Positions 8,616-18,757 are shown, counted from the first letter of the stretch. The stretch: DNA of 35,690 nucleotides from a candidate division WOR-3 bacterium (GCA_965649055.1 CBFGJG010000008.1:22115-57804), one strand, 5' to 3'. Notes: generated by a model not told the origin, from the letters alone. Numbers and translations are program-made.

Positions 8616-10514
8616 TTACCTCCTTTTTAAGATTTCCTCTTTTAATTTATTTATCACATCATTAATTGAAAATGAACCCAAATCACCTTCTTTGTGTTTC
8701 CTCAAAGAAATGTTTTTTAGTTCGCTCTCTTTCTTCCCAATTATAAACATATATGGAATCTTCATTATCTCAGCTTCCCTAATTTTTTTACCGATCTTTT
8801 CATTCCTTAAATCAACTTTTACCCTTATATTTTCATCCTTTAGAATTTTCTCAACCTCTTTAGCCCATTTTATTCCATCATCTGTCACTGAAAGTATTGC
8901 TACCTGGATAGGTGAAAGCCATAAAGGGAAATTCCCTTTATAAAATTCTATGAGTCCTCCGATAAATCTTTCCATAGAACCAAGAATTGCCCTGTGTATC
9001 ATAAACGGATGATACATCTTACCATCCTCTCCAACATACTGGACATTAAATCTTTTCGGAACATTGAAATCAAACTGGATTGTAGGTCCCTGCCACTCCC
9101 TACCAATAGAATCAACAAGGAATAGTGAAATCTTTGGGCCATAAAAAACTGCACCACCAACCTCTTCTTTAAATGGTATCTTCCTTTCTGCAAGTATATC
9201 CTTCAAGGTCTTTTCCGCCATTTCCCATTCCTCATCTGTTCCTGCGAAGCTCTCTTTCTTTGTTATATCCCTTGTTGCAACATAAACACTTATATTTTCA
9301 TAACCGAATGATTTAAGCATATACATTGAAAAATCAAATGTATCATTAATCTCATTCTTTAATTGTTCAGGTGTACAGAAGATATGTGCATCATCTATAG
9401 TGAAACCCCTTACCCTCAATAGACCATGCAATGCACCAGACCTTTCGTATCTATAAACAGTCCCAAGTTCAAAATATTTTATAGGAAGTTCCCTATAACT
9501 ATGTAATTTAGATTTATAGATCAAGATATGTCCGGGACAATTCATAGGTTTCACTGCATAACCTTCCTCATCTATCTTAAAAAGATACATATTCTCTCTA
9601 TAAAAATCAAGGTGTCCTGAAATCCTGAAAAGTTCATCCCTTGATATATGTGGTGTATAAACAAGTTGATAACCTCTTTTTAGATGTTCTTCAATAAGGA
9701 ATTTCTCTATCTCCATTTTGATTATTGCACCGTTAGGTTCCCAGAAAATAAGTCCTGGTCCTGTCTCTTCAAAGATATTAAAAAGACCGAGCTCTTTTCC
9801 TAATATCCTGTGGTCATTTTTCTTAGCCTCTTCAAATGATTTTACGAATTCATCAAGTTTTTTTCTATCTTCAAAAGATATTCCATATATCCTCTGCAGG
9901 CTCTCCCTTCTCTCATCACCCCTCCAGTATGCAGAAGAAACTGAAAGAATTTTTATCTCACCAGCAATTCCGGTAGATAAAAGATGTGGACCCCTGCAAA
10001 GGTCGATAAATTCACCCTGCTTATAAATAGTTACATTATCACCTTCTATCTCATCTATTAGTTCTAATTTGAACTTATTATCTTTAAAAATCTTTCTTGC
10101 CTCTTCTTTGCTTATCTCTTCTCTTACTATCTGATAATCTTCCTTCACTATCTTTTTCATCTCTTCTTCAATCTTTTGAAGGTCTTCAGGTGAAAATGGT
10201 TCTTTAACAAAGAAATCATAATAAAATCCATTTCTAATTGCTGGTCCAATTGTTGGTTTAGCATCCGGGAAAAGCCTTAATACTGCCTGTGCAAGTATAT
10301 GTGAAGATGTATGCCATCTGAATTCATTTCCTTCTTCTGAATCAAATGGAATAAGTTCAAACTCACCATCTTCTTCTGGTTGCGTATGAAAATCATATTT
10401 AATATCTTTTTTAAATCCAACAAATTCATTATAAAAGGATTTATCTTTTATAATGTTTTTTAAATCCTTTATGTTTTCTATCTTAAAAGATTTTTCTTTA
10501 TATATCAAAAGCAC
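8616..10514 (-). CDS. thrS: Threonine-tRNA ligase
   Basis: WHTSSHILAQA, DLCRGPH, KPMNCPGH, YRYERSGALHGLLRVRGFT and MIHRAILGSMERF motifs. Start reassigned to GTG 10514 (after AAAGGA) because the ORF-track N-terminus lies inside tRNA-Val. Confidence 0.96.
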   Translation of the reverse strand: MLLIYKEKSFKIENIKDLKNIIKDKSFYNEFVGFKKDIKYDFHTQPEEDGEFELIPFDSEEGNEFRWHTSSHILAQAVLRLFPDAKPTIGPAIRNGFYYDFFVKEPFSPEDLQKIEEEMKKIVKEDYQIVREEISKEEARKIFKDNKFKLELIDEIEGDNVTIYKQGEFIDLCRGPHLLSTGIAGEIKILSVSSAYWRGDERRESLQRIYGISFEDRKKLDEFVKSFEEAKKNDHRILGKELGLFNIFEETGPGLIFWEPNGAIIKMEIEKFLIEEHLKRGYQLVYTPHISRDELFRISGHLDFYRENMYLFKIDEEGYAVKPMNCPGHILIYKSKLHSYRELPIKYFELGTVYRYERSGALHGLLRVRGFTIDDAHIFCTPEQLKNEINDTFDFSMYMLKSFGYENISVYVATRDITKKESFAGTDEEWEMAEKTLKDILAERKIPFKEEVGGAVFYGPKISLFLVDSIGREWQGPTIQFDFNVPKRFNVQYVGEDGKMYHPFMIHRAILGSMERFIGGLIEFYKGNFPLWLSPIQVAILSVTDDGIKWAKEVEKILKDENIRVKVDLRNEKIGKKIREAEIMKIPYMFIIGKKESELKNISLRKHKEGDLGSFSINDVINKLKEEILKRR

Positions 10515-10534
10515 TTTATTTCCTTTGTTAAGAA

Positions 10535-10610
<76 letters not shown>

Positions 10611-10619
10611 TTTTTGAAT

Positions 10620-10647
10620 AATTTAATAGAAAAATAAAAATTGTCAA
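10620..10647 (-). promoter_or_regulatory. Sigma70-type promoter for the tRNA-Val/thrS operon
   Basis: TTGACA-N16-TAAATT, ending 9 nt before the tRNA 5' end. Confidence 0.65.
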
Positions 10648-10741
10648 TATAGTATTAAAAAAAAACTTTGAAAAGTTCATGCACATGGTGGTAAAGTTAA
10701 AATAAATTTGAGAAATGAGAAGACTGACCCTAACCTCTATT

Positions 10742-13006
10742 TTAAAATGAGAATTTGGGTGGGTTATTGCCTTCTTTTAGCATTTCCTGCCATCTTTCAT
10801 CTGTTAACCTGTCAGACATAGGATGTCTGAATTCATAATATGAAAGAACAGGTCCTACTGCAAGAATTATATTACCATCAGGCATCTTATATGCAACTAT
10901 TACATAATCCAGATATCCTGATGCTTCTTCAAGACATTCTCTTGTATTCAAATCAGTATGGACATCCGCAATTATTGTTGTTTTTAAACCCATTTCATCC
11001 ACATCACCTATTGCGTTTTTTAATGCATTAGGAAAATTAGCAAGAAATTCATTATCATCTTCTGTTAAAGTTTTATTTTCAACCTGTTTCTTACATATAT
11101 CGTATAATCTTTCGAGTGTTGAGACAAGAGAAGATAATCTATTTTTAGCTTTTTCATCTAAAACACCAAGTTCATTTAAGCCTTCATATGCCATTTTAGC
11201 AGTATTAAGTATCTTTGCATAAAAAGAAGGTATAGGTTCAACAATCCCTTTTGGTGTAGGAAGATAAAAAGGTTTTTCCACACTTGTAGTTCTGAATTCA
11301 GGGGTATAACTCTGTTTTGCATAGAGAATTGTGTTGTGTCTCAAAGCAGACCACGATGCAAGTGCAGTTCTGAGCTCTCTATCAAGATATGCTTCTGTTC
11401 TCTGATATGTCTGATAACCTCTCCCCCTTTCCTCACATAATGTCTTTAATGCATAAAGCCATGACCAGTATAGATTCCTGTTCCAGTCTTCTTCCTTCAA
11501 TTCTTTAAATTCATTTCTCAGTTTTTCCAGTTGTTCATAGTATTTTGGGTATTCATCATCTTTCTTAGCTTTCAAAATCTCCTCTGCCCTTTTACTACCA
11601 AAAACACTGAAAACATCAAGCCCCCTCGGGAATCCCCTTATTGAATAATAACCACCTGGAACCCTATCATCTTCTATATACACAACAGTAAACCTTTCAG
11701 GGATTTTTCGAGGTATAGAACCAGCACCGGGTGATACAAGTTGTCCAAGGATATATGAATCAGGGATGTATCTCTGACCCATGAACCTGAATCCCATTGT
11801 ATGATTCAATATATTGTCAAGTTGTTTAAAAGATGTATACCTGTGTTCTTCTTCACTTTTTATATCAAGCCCTGCACCTCCTGTTCCTGAAAAAATCTTT
11901 GGTGGGCTTAATTTTGAAAGTTCAAGGAGAAATCTCGTAAGTTTATCTTCTTTTAACATATCTTCTGCTTTAAACCTTTCACCGAAGACTGCCTTCATAG
12001 CCTTAACATAATCGTAAAGAGAAAGGTCATCTGCAAAGCCTGCATAGAAAGAAGTTACTTTGTATATCCTTTCCCATATTGATAATCCATCCCTTCCATC
12101 GGTAAGTTTAAGTTTCAGTAAATTTGAAGATATGAGCATTGCCTGCAATGTTTGTATCTTAGCGGTTTCTCTGTCTGTTAGAGCTGAATCCGGTGGAATG
12201 AACTTCCCAAATTTCTCATGCCCTTTCATAAGGAAGGTCATCCTTCCGAACCACATCATCGCCTTAAAGTATCTCTTTAATGTATCACTCCTTGTATAAT
12301 GACCCCTTGGTTTATATTGTGTATAATCTTCAGGGATTCTGAATAATGCATTCTCTCTTGCATCTGCGTAATCTGTAATTTCTTTATTTTCTTCAATTTT
12401 TTTAATTTCCCATTCCACCTCTTTATTTACATATAAAGGAACTTTAAAATCAGGCTCTAACAACTTCAATGCAACAGAGAAATAAGCAACATTTCTCCTT
12501 GAAGCTTCTTTCAAATCACCTTTAAAATTTTTATAATCACCTATGGAAGCATTGAGCATCTCCTTTATAAGAAGTATTAAATCCCTGTAAAAGCATTTTT
12601 CTTCAATCTCTTTTAAAGTTTCATCAAACTGGATATGGAATAAATGTAATGGTGTATCAGCAGTGATATACAAAGGGATGTCCTGTTTTCTTAAGATCTC
12701 ATAAAATGTTAGAATATTATCAACAGCATCTTTCTCAACAATAACAAAACCATTTTTCTTAAGCATATCCATTTCTGAAGATTTTGTAAGATAAATATCT
12801 TTTATCCTATCAAGATTAGATACCTTATTAAGTTCAAGTGGAAGATTGTATTGTGGCATATTAATCTTATAATCTTCTTTCACAGGTTTATAATACTTTA
12901 AGAAATTCACCTGCTCTTGTTCTTTAAAACCTGAAATTTCTATTATCTTTTCACCATTTAAGGTGAAAAAAAAGGTTACTAAAAAGATAAATATAGCTCT
13001 ATTCAT
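10742..13006 (-). CDS. Secreted DUF3160-family protein
   Basis: Signal peptide MNRAIFIFLVTFFF. Family-like motifs YITADTPLHLFH, EDYTQYKPRGHYT, RFMGQRYIPDS, NLYWSWLYAL, HNTILYAKQSY, ADVHTD, GPVLSYYEF and RLTDERW. AAGGAG spacing favours ATG 13006 over 13012. Confidence 0.85.
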   Translation of the reverse strand: MNRAIFIFLVTFFFTLNGEKIIEISGFKEQEQVNFLKYYKPVKEDYKINMPQYNLPLELNKVSNLDRIKDIYLTKSSEMDMLKKNGFVIVEKDAVDNILTFYEILRKQDIPLYITADTPLHLFHIQFDETLKEIEEKCFYRDLILLIKEMLNASIGDYKNFKGDLKEASRRNVAYFSVALKLLEPDFKVPLYVNKEVEWEIKKIEENKEITDYADARENALFRIPEDYTQYKPRGHYTRSDTLKRYFKAMMWFGRMTFLMKGHEKFGKFIPPDSALTDRETAKIQTLQAMLISSNLLKLKLTDGRDGLSIWERIYKVTSFYAGFADDLSLYDYVKAMKAVFGERFKAEDMLKEDKLTRFLLELSKLSPPKIFSGTGGAGLDIKSEEEHRYTSFKQLDNILNHTMGFRFMGQRYIPDSYILGQLVSPGAGSIPRKIPERFTVVYIEDDRVPGGYYSIRGFPRGLDVFSVFGSKRAEEILKAKKDDEYPKYYEQLEKLRNEFKELKEEDWNRNLYWSWLYALKTLCEERGRGYQTYQRTEAYLDRELRTALASWSALRHNTILYAKQSYTPEFRTTSVEKPFYLPTPKGIVEPIPSFYAKILNTAKMAYEGLNELGVLDEKAKNRLSSLVSTLERLYDICKKQVENKTLTEDDNEFLANFPNALKNAIGDVDEMGLKTTIIADVHTDLNTRECLEEASGYLDYVIVAYKMPDGNIILAVGPVLSYYEFRHPMSDRLTDERWQEMLKEGNNPPKFSF

Positions 13007-13030
13007 AAACATCTCCTTTTTTATCTTAAA

Positions 13031-13058
13031 ATTATATGATAAAAATTTAAAAAGTAAA
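13031..13058 (-). promoter_or_regulatory. Sigma70-type promoter for the DUF3160 gene
   Basis: TTTACT-N16-TATAAT. Confidence 0.55.
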
Positions 13059-13080
13059 CAATTAAAAAATATTAACTTTA

Positions 13081-13108
13081 TTGACTTTTAATATAATAAA
13101 ATTATAAT
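13081..13108 (+). promoter_or_regulatory. Sigma70-type promoter for the protease-YbjN operon
   Basis: TTGACT-N16-TATAAT, followed by AAGGAGG at 13123-13129. Confidence 0.7.
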
Positions 13109-13134
13109 TGATTTAACATTAAAAGGAGGAATTT

Positions 13135-13944
13135 ATGAGTTCAATCTCTGAAATAATCGATTCTATAAAAGAATCTATTATTGTTATAAAGATTAACAAT
13201 GTTGAAACAGGGACAGGATTCTTCATAAATGAAAAAGGGCTTTTTTTAACAAACAAACACACGATTGGTATAAATAAATATGCAAACATTATTCTTCACA
13301 ACTCACAGGAAATAAAAGCAAGAATAATTCGTTCTGACAACGATATTGATTTCGCATTCGGTATATCCGAAATTTCAAATAATTCGTATCTGAAATTTTC
13401 TGATAGTTCACTGATAAAAGAAGGGGAAGAAGTCTTTGCAATAGGCCATCCTTATGGTTATGAATTCACTCTATCAAGAGGTATTGTAAGTTGCAAAGAA
13501 AGGATTGTAAGAGGGATAAAATATATCCAGACAGATGTCCCTATTAATCCTGGAAACAGCGGAGGACCTTTAATAAACAGCGAAGGTAAGGTTATTGGAA
13601 TAATTACATGGATTGTAAGCGCGGCAGAAAATATGAGTTTCGCAATCCCTTCAAATTCAGTTAAAGAGATATTTAATCACCTTTCTGCAAATTTTGAACA
13701 AATGATTAATATGTATTATTGTCCAATATGTGGTTCATTGAATGATAAACTTATTAAAACAAAGAATTATGAATATTGTTCCAATTGTGGAACAAGAAGG
13801 ATTGATATTAACGAGAAATCCACACCTGAAAATGAAACGAATGCACAGGATACAAAAACCTCTTTACTCCTCTGTCCAAAATGTAAATCTCCTATTGATG
13901 AATTTACAAATTTCTGCAAAATCTGTGGATATAAGATAAAATAA
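13135..13944 (+). CDS. Trypsin-like (S1C/HtrA-related) serine protease with C-terminal zinc ribbons; no PDZ domain, no signal peptide
   Basis: GTGFFI, TNKH (His), DIDFA (Asp) and IQTDVPINPGNSGGPL (Ser). C-terminal CPIC, CSNC, CPKC and CKIC pairs. Confidence 0.9.
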   Translation: MSSISEIIDSIKESIIVIKINNVETGTGFFINEKGLFLTNKHTIGINKYANIILHNSQEIKARIIRSDNDIDFAFGISEISNNSYLKFSDSSLIKEGEEVFAIGHPYGYEFTLSRGIVSCKERIVRGIKYIQTDVPINPGNSGGPLINSEGKVIGIITWIVSAAENMSFAIPSNSVKEIFNHLSANFEQMINMYYCPICGSLNDKLIKTKNYEYCSNCGTRRIDINEKSTPENETNAQDTKTSLLLCPKCKSPIDEFTNFCKICGYKIK

Positions 13945-13953
13945 GGAGGAAAA

Positions 13954-14388
13954 ATGTTTGGCAAAAAAGAAGACAAAAACATTGTTGATATTTCTCAATA
14001 TGAAAAGATGATAGAAGAACTTTTAAAAAGTTTAGGGCTTGACCCTGATCAATGCAGGCACAAACCAAAGACATTATGGTCTGCAAGAAGGGGTTCTGCA
14101 CTTATATATTTTGAGATATTCCCATTGAACAATACATATTATATTGAAATATCTTCCCCTGTTATGATGTTACCATCAAAGAATCTATTACCATTTTATA
14201 GAAGGCTGTTAGAATTAAATTATGAGATTATTGGGCCAAAATTCTTTGTAAAGAATGATTGGGTTTATCTTGCTGAAAACAGGGAATTAAGAGGTCTTGA
14301 TATGGAAGAACTGAAAAGGATAACAGAAGCAGTTGCTTCTTTTGCAGACCTGCATGACGATACGTTGATAGAAGAATTCAAGGGATAA
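13954..14388 (+). CDS. YbjN / CesT-like (type III chaperone fold) protein
   Basis: 144 aa with an acidic C-terminus; W..RRGSA, LP..NLLPFYRRLLELN and FADLHDDTLIEEF pattern; strong AAGGAGG SD. Confidence 0.72.
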   Translation: MFGKKEDKNIVDISQYEKMIEELLKSLGLDPDQCRHKPKTLWSARRGSALIYFEIFPLNNTYYIEISSPVMMLPSKNLLPFYRRLLELNYEIIGPKFFVKNDWVYLAENRELRGLDMEELKRITEAVASFADLHDDTLIEEFKG

Positions 14389-14397
14389 AATTCTCGT

Positions 14398-15639
14398 TTA
14401 TTCCTCTATATTGAATCCAACCTCACCAGTTTGTTTTATATCAGGTTTAAAAGATTTATAAAGTGTATCTATTGCAGATTTAATTGTCTTAATTTCATAT
14501 TTTGAATCTTTAAATCTAACTCGACTAAGATATTTAACAAGTGTTACGATAAATGCACCTGTTGCGTTTATTTTAAATAATTCTTTCCTTATAGAAGCAT
14601 TATCAAAAATATCTGCCAATTTTTTATCATTTGTCTCCCTTAAAACAAGCAGCGAATAGAACTCTGGTTCAAGATAATTAAACTCGATAATGATATCAAA
14701 CCTACCTGGTCTTTTCAAAGCTTTATCTACAAGTAATCTGTCGTTTGTTGTTGCGATTATAAACATATCTTTTTTAGTGAGAAATCCATCAAATATCTGT
14801 AAAGATGATGATAAATCCCTCTTCTGAAATCGACTATCTCTTGATCCTACAATCAAATCCAGGTCATCAATACATAAAAGAACAGGTGAAAACATTGACG
14901 CATACTCAAATATTTTTTCAAGAGAAACTGCACATCCACCGTCAACAACAATGGTAGTTAATTTATTATTAACTTCTGAACATTCAGAAATTATTGCCTT
15001 TACAGTATCTGTCTTACCAGTTCCAGGTTCACCTACAAAAAGATATCTTAACCCATGTGAATTATCTTTAACAGCATTGATAAAGTCTTCAAGTTCAGCC
15101 TTATCTTTTAAAAATAGATCCTTCAATCTTATTCCTGCTCTTTCAACCTCCTTTAATATTATTTCACTTGTCTCTATATCATTAACTATCCTTAAAACCT
15201 TTCCAACATAACCTGATTTCATCATTGACTCTCTTATTAAATCATTTACTAAGTTAACGGGGTGAGAATCTTCAAATTGTTTTGTTGTATTTACATTAAT
15301 CATAAAAATTGTCCCATTATGTGTCTCAATTGTTGATGTGGAAAGAAAATACTCTTTATCCTTGTATCTGATAATGCAAATCAAAGTTGTCAGGCCATTA
15401 AGTATGTTATCAAAAGTATCAAGACCTGCAATATAAGGTTCAGTTACAATACCATTAGATTCATAAAATGTAAAAATATATTTTATTTTGAATAATTCCG
15501 ATTTCTCTTTTCCTGAATAAAGTTTCAGAAGATAAGATCTTAGACTTTTCCAGACCTGATAATGGACCTCTTCTTGATAGGCATCTGGATGAATATTTAT
15601 ATTTCGAGGTCTTTTAAAACCAAAAAAATCATATCTCAT
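14398..15639 (-). CDS. AAA+ ATPase (classical clade) with an unrecognised ~170 aa N-terminal domain
   Basis: Walker A GEPGTGKT, Walker B LLCIDD, sensor/SRH IIATTND..DKALKRPGRFD, C-terminal VGF tail; GGAGG SD. Confidence 0.9.
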   Translation of the reverse strand: MRYDFFGFKRPRNINIHPDAYQEEVHYQVWKSLRSYLLKLYSGKEKSELFKIKYIFTFYESNGIVTEPYIAGLDTFDNILNGLTTLICIIRYKDKEYFLSTSTIETHNGTIFMINVNTTKQFEDSHPVNLVNDLIRESMMKSGYVGKVLRIVNDIETSEIILKEVERAGIRLKDLFLKDKAELEDFINAVKDNSHGLRYLFVGEPGTGKTDTVKAIISECSEVNNKLTTIVVDGGCAVSLEKIFEYASMFSPVLLCIDDLDLIVGSRDSRFQKRDLSSSLQIFDGFLTKKDMFIIATTNDRLLVDKALKRPGRFDIIIEFNYLEPEFYSLLVLRETNDKKLADIFDNASIRKELFKINATGAFIVTLVKYLSRVRFKDSKYEIKTIKSAIDTLYKSFKPDIKQTGEVGFNIEE

Positions 15640-15683
15640 TTAAAACCTCCATTTTTTATCTCCGGATTTTAATAACATAATCA

Positions 15684-15711
15684 AATATATTAATTTTTTT
15701 ACAATATTCAA
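15684..15711 (-). promoter_or_regulatory. Possible promoter for the AAA ATPase
   Basis: TTGAAT-N16-TATATT. Confidence 0.45.
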
Positions 15712-15735
15712 GTGTATCTTTTTTTTCTATTTTTA

Positions 15736-15763
15736 TTGACTTTTTTCTTAAATATATAATAAT
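15736..15763 (+). promoter_or_regulatory. Possible promoter for the buk-ptb-fabH-vor operon
   Basis: TTGACT-N16-AATAAT, then an AGGAG SD. Confidence 0.45.
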
Positions 15764-15785
15764 TAGAAAAAACAGGAGTAAAAAT

Positions 15786-16880
15786 ATGGAAAATTTTAAC
15801 ATACTTGTTATTAATCCGGGTTCAACATCTACAAAGATTGCAATATTTAAAGATGAAGAACCTGCTTTTTCAAAAAACATATTCCATCCAGAAAGCGAAA
15901 TACATAAATTTCACAAGATTGTAGACCAGAAGGATTTCAGGAAAGAGAAGGTTCTTGAAACAATTAAGGAAGCTGGGTTTGATGAAAAGACATTATCCTG
16001 TGCAGTAGGAAGAGGTGGTCTTCTTATGCCTATTCCAAGTGGAACTTACAGGGTCAATGAACTTATGGTAGAACATCTCCTTAAAGGTGTTCAAGGAGAA
16101 CATGCTTCAAACCTTGGTGGTCTTATTGCATATGAGATTGCTCAACCCTTGAACATACCTGCATACATTGTAGACCCTGTTGTGGTTGATGAAATGGAAG
16201 AGATTGCAAAATTATCAGGGCATCCTCTTATAAAAAGAAGGAGCATATTCCATGCATTGAATCATAAGGCAGTTGCAAGGAAGGTTGCCAAAAATAACTT
16301 TAATAAAAAATATGAGGAATTAAATTTAATAGTTGTTCATCTTGGTGGTGGAATCTCAGTTGCTGCACACAGGAAAGGTAAAGTTATAGATGTTAATAAT
16401 GCACTTAATGGAGATGGACCTTTTGCACCTGAAAGGTCCGGTGGTCTTCCTGTCTGGGATGCTATGAAACTTGTACTATCCGGAAAATATAAAGAAGATG
16501 AACTTAAAAAAATGCTTGCAGGAAAAGGCGGTGTTGTTGCATATCTTGGGACAAATGATATGAGAAAGGTTGAAGAGATGATGAATAATGGTGATAATTT
16601 TGCAAAACTTGTTATAGATGCAATGGCTTATCAGGTAGCAAAAGAAATAGGTGCACTGTCAACAGTCCTTGAAGGTAATATAGATGCCATTGTTTTAACC
16701 GGTGGTCTTGCATATTTCAAATATTTCGTTGATGAGATTCAAAAAAGAATAAAACATCTTGGAAAAGTGATATTATCACCTGGTGAAGACGAGATGGAAG
16801 CACTCGCACTTGGTGCTTTAAGGGTATTAAAAGGTATCGAGAATCCAAAAGAATACAAGGAGGAATTATGGAACCAATAA
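15786..16880 (+). CDS. buk: Butyrate / branched-chain carboxylate kinase
   Basis: [46 protein letters not shown] and GPFAPERSG motifs. Confidence 0.97.
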   Translation: MENFNILVINPGSTSTKIAIFKDEEPAFSKNIFHPESEIHKFHKIVDQKDFRKEKVLETIKEAGFDEKTLSCAVGRGGLLMPIPSGTYRVNELMVEHLLKGVQGEHASNLGGLIAYEIAQPLNIPAYIVDPVVVDEMEEIAKLSGHPLIKRRSIFHALNHKAVARKVAKNNFNKKYEELNLIVVHLGGGISVAAHRKGKVIDVNNALNGDGPFAPERSGGLPVWDAMKLVLSGKYKEDELKKMLAGKGGVVAYLGTNDMRKVEEMMNNGDNFAKLVIDAMAYQVAKEIGALSTVLEGNIDAIVLTGGLAYFKYFVDEIQKRIKHLGKVILSPGEDEMEALALGALRVLKGIENPKEYKEELWNQ

Positions 16881-17779
16881 AGGATTTTGAAACACTTGTA
16901 GAAGTAGTAAAGAAAAAGAAGAAATACACACTTGCAGTTGCTAATGGTCAAGACCCTCATACTATAGAAGCAGTAACAAAGGCATTCAGTGAAGGGCTTG
17001 TAAATGTAAAACTTATAGGTGATATAGATAAGATTAAATCCCTTGCAAAAGAGATGAAACTGAATATTGATGGTATTGAGATTATAGATGTGAAGAATGC
17101 GAAAGAAGCAGGAAAACTTGCAAGAGACCTCGTTAGAGATAAAAAAGCAGAAATACTTATGAAAGGTCTGATTTCTACTGATGAATATATGAGGCTCATA
17201 CTTGATAAAGAAAAGGGACTGCTACCACAGGGAAAGATTTTAAGCCACATAGCAGTTATGTCTATTCCTACATATCATAAATTTCTTTTTGTATCAGATG
17301 TTGCTGTTATTCCTGCACCTGATTTGAAACAGAAGATTACAATCACGAATTATGCAATAGAGATTGCACACAAATTTGGAATTGAAAAACCAAAGGTTGC
17401 TATCATTGCTGCAACTGAAAAGGTCTCTGATAAAATGATTGCAACTATTGATGCTTCTATCATAGCAAAGATGGGAGAAAGAAAACAATTTCCCGATGCA
17501 ATTATTGATGGACCATTAGCACTCGATGTTGCAATTTCAAAAGAAGCATGTGAAATAAAAGGTTTAAAAAGCCCTGTTGACGGAGATGCAGATATCTTAA
17601 TATTCCCCAATATCGAATCAGGTAATGTGTTCTTCAAGAGTATAACATACTTCGCAAACGGTAAACTTGCTGCAATCGTAACAGGAACAACAGCACCCTG
17701 TATTTTGACATCAAGGGCTGATTCAGAAGAATCAAAATTCTATTCTATAGCACTTGCTGCATTAACAGCGGGGGAATAG
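16868..17779 (+). CDS. ptb: Phosphate butyryltransferase / branched-chain phosphotransacylase
   Basis: [27 protein letters not shown] and LTSRADS motifs; overlaps buk. Confidence 0.95.
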   Translation: MEPIKDFETLVEVVKKKKKYTLAVANGQDPHTIEAVTKAFSEGLVNVKLIGDIDKIKSLAKEMKLNIDGIEIIDVKNAKEAGKLARDLVRDKKAEILMKGLISTDEYMRLILDKEKGLLPQGKILSHIAVMSIPTYHKFLFVSDVAVIPAPDLKQKITITNYAIEIAHKFGIEKPKVAIIAATEKVSDKMIATIDASIIAKMGERKQFPDAIIDGPLALDVAISKEACEIKGLKSPVDGDADILIFPNIESGNVFFKSITYFANGKLAAIVTGTTAPCILTSRADSEESKFYSIALAALTAGE

Positions 17780-18757
17780 ATGCGTGCAAAAATAACAGGT
17801 GTTGGTTCTTATCTTCCTGAGAAAGTCTTAACAAATTTTGACCTTGAAAAGATGATGGATACAACCGATGAGTGGATAAGGACAAGGACAGGAATAAGCG
17901 AAAGACATATCGCAGCACCTGATGAGGCAACAAGTGATATGGTTGCAAAGGCAGCGGTAAAGGCACTTGAAATGGCAGGAAGAAAAATAGAAGAGATAGA
18001 TACAATAATTGTTGCTACAAACACACCTGATAATGCATATCCAGCTACTGCATGCTGGGTGCAGAAGCATTTAAAAACAAGTGGACAGGCAGCATTCGAT
18101 ATTGAAGCAGGTTGCACAGGATGGATTTATGGTTTGATAATCTCAAAAGGATTAATTGAATCAGGGGTTTCAAAAAAAATACTACTCTGCGGTGGTGAAA
18201 CGATGTCAAGGGCAGTCAACTGGGAAGACAGGTCAACAGCTGTTCTTTTCGGTGATGGTGCTGGATGCACTGTAATAGAAGAGAGTAATGATGATTCAGG
18301 AATTTTATCAGTTTACTGGGGTGCAGATGGAAATCTTGGTGACCTTCTCCTTCAACCGGCAGGTGGTTCAAGGCTCCCTGCAAGTGAAGAAACAGTTAAC
18401 AAAAAATTACATTCTGTTCATATGGGTGGTAATGAAGTCTTTAAGCATGCAGTCCGTTCTATGCAGACAGGTGCAATTGAAGCACTGAAACTTGCCGGTC
18501 TTGAAGGAAAAGATGTTGATATTTTTATACCGCATCAGGCCAATCTAAGGATTATTGAGTCTACAATTGATAGGGCTAAAATACCCATTGAAAAAACCAT
18601 AATAACTATTGATAAAACCGCAAATATATCTGCTGCATCCATACCAATTGCACTTGACTTTGCATATAGAGAAGGAAGGATTAAGAAAGGAAGTATAATC
18701 CTTTTTGATGCATTTGGTGGTGGGTTCACATGGGGTGCAGCGGTTCTAAGATGGTAA
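17780..18757 (+). CDS. fabH: 3-oxoacyl-ACP synthase III
   Basis: TDEWIRTRTGI, AGCTG (Cys), VLFGDGAG, PHQAN (His), ANISAASIP (Asn) and FGGGFTWG motifs. Confidence 0.96.
   Translation: MRAKITGVGSYLPEKVLTNFDLEKMMDTTDEWIRTRTGISERHIAAPDEATSDMVAKAAVKALEMAGRKIEEIDTIIVATNTPDNAYPATACWVQKHLKTSGQAAFDIEAGCTGWIYGLIISKGLIESGVSKKILLCGGETMSRAVNWEDRSTAVLFGDGAGCTVIEESNDDSGILSVYWGADGNLGDLLLQPAGGSRLPASEETVNKKLHSVHMGGNEVFKHAVRSMQTGAIEALKLAGLEGKDVDIFIPHQANLRIIESTIDRAKIPIEKTIITIDKTANISAASIPIALDFAYREGRIKKGSIILFDAFGGGFTWGAAVLRW

Noticed and set aside
13954..14388. Evidence for a type III secretion system
   Set aside because: The chaperone-like fold also occurs in stand-alone YbjN proteins, and no T3SS structural genes are in the window.
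15656..15880. 74-aa minus-strand ORF across the AAA/buk intergenic region
   Set aside because: It overlaps the buk 5' end in antisense and both promoters, and is low-complexity AT-rich sequence.
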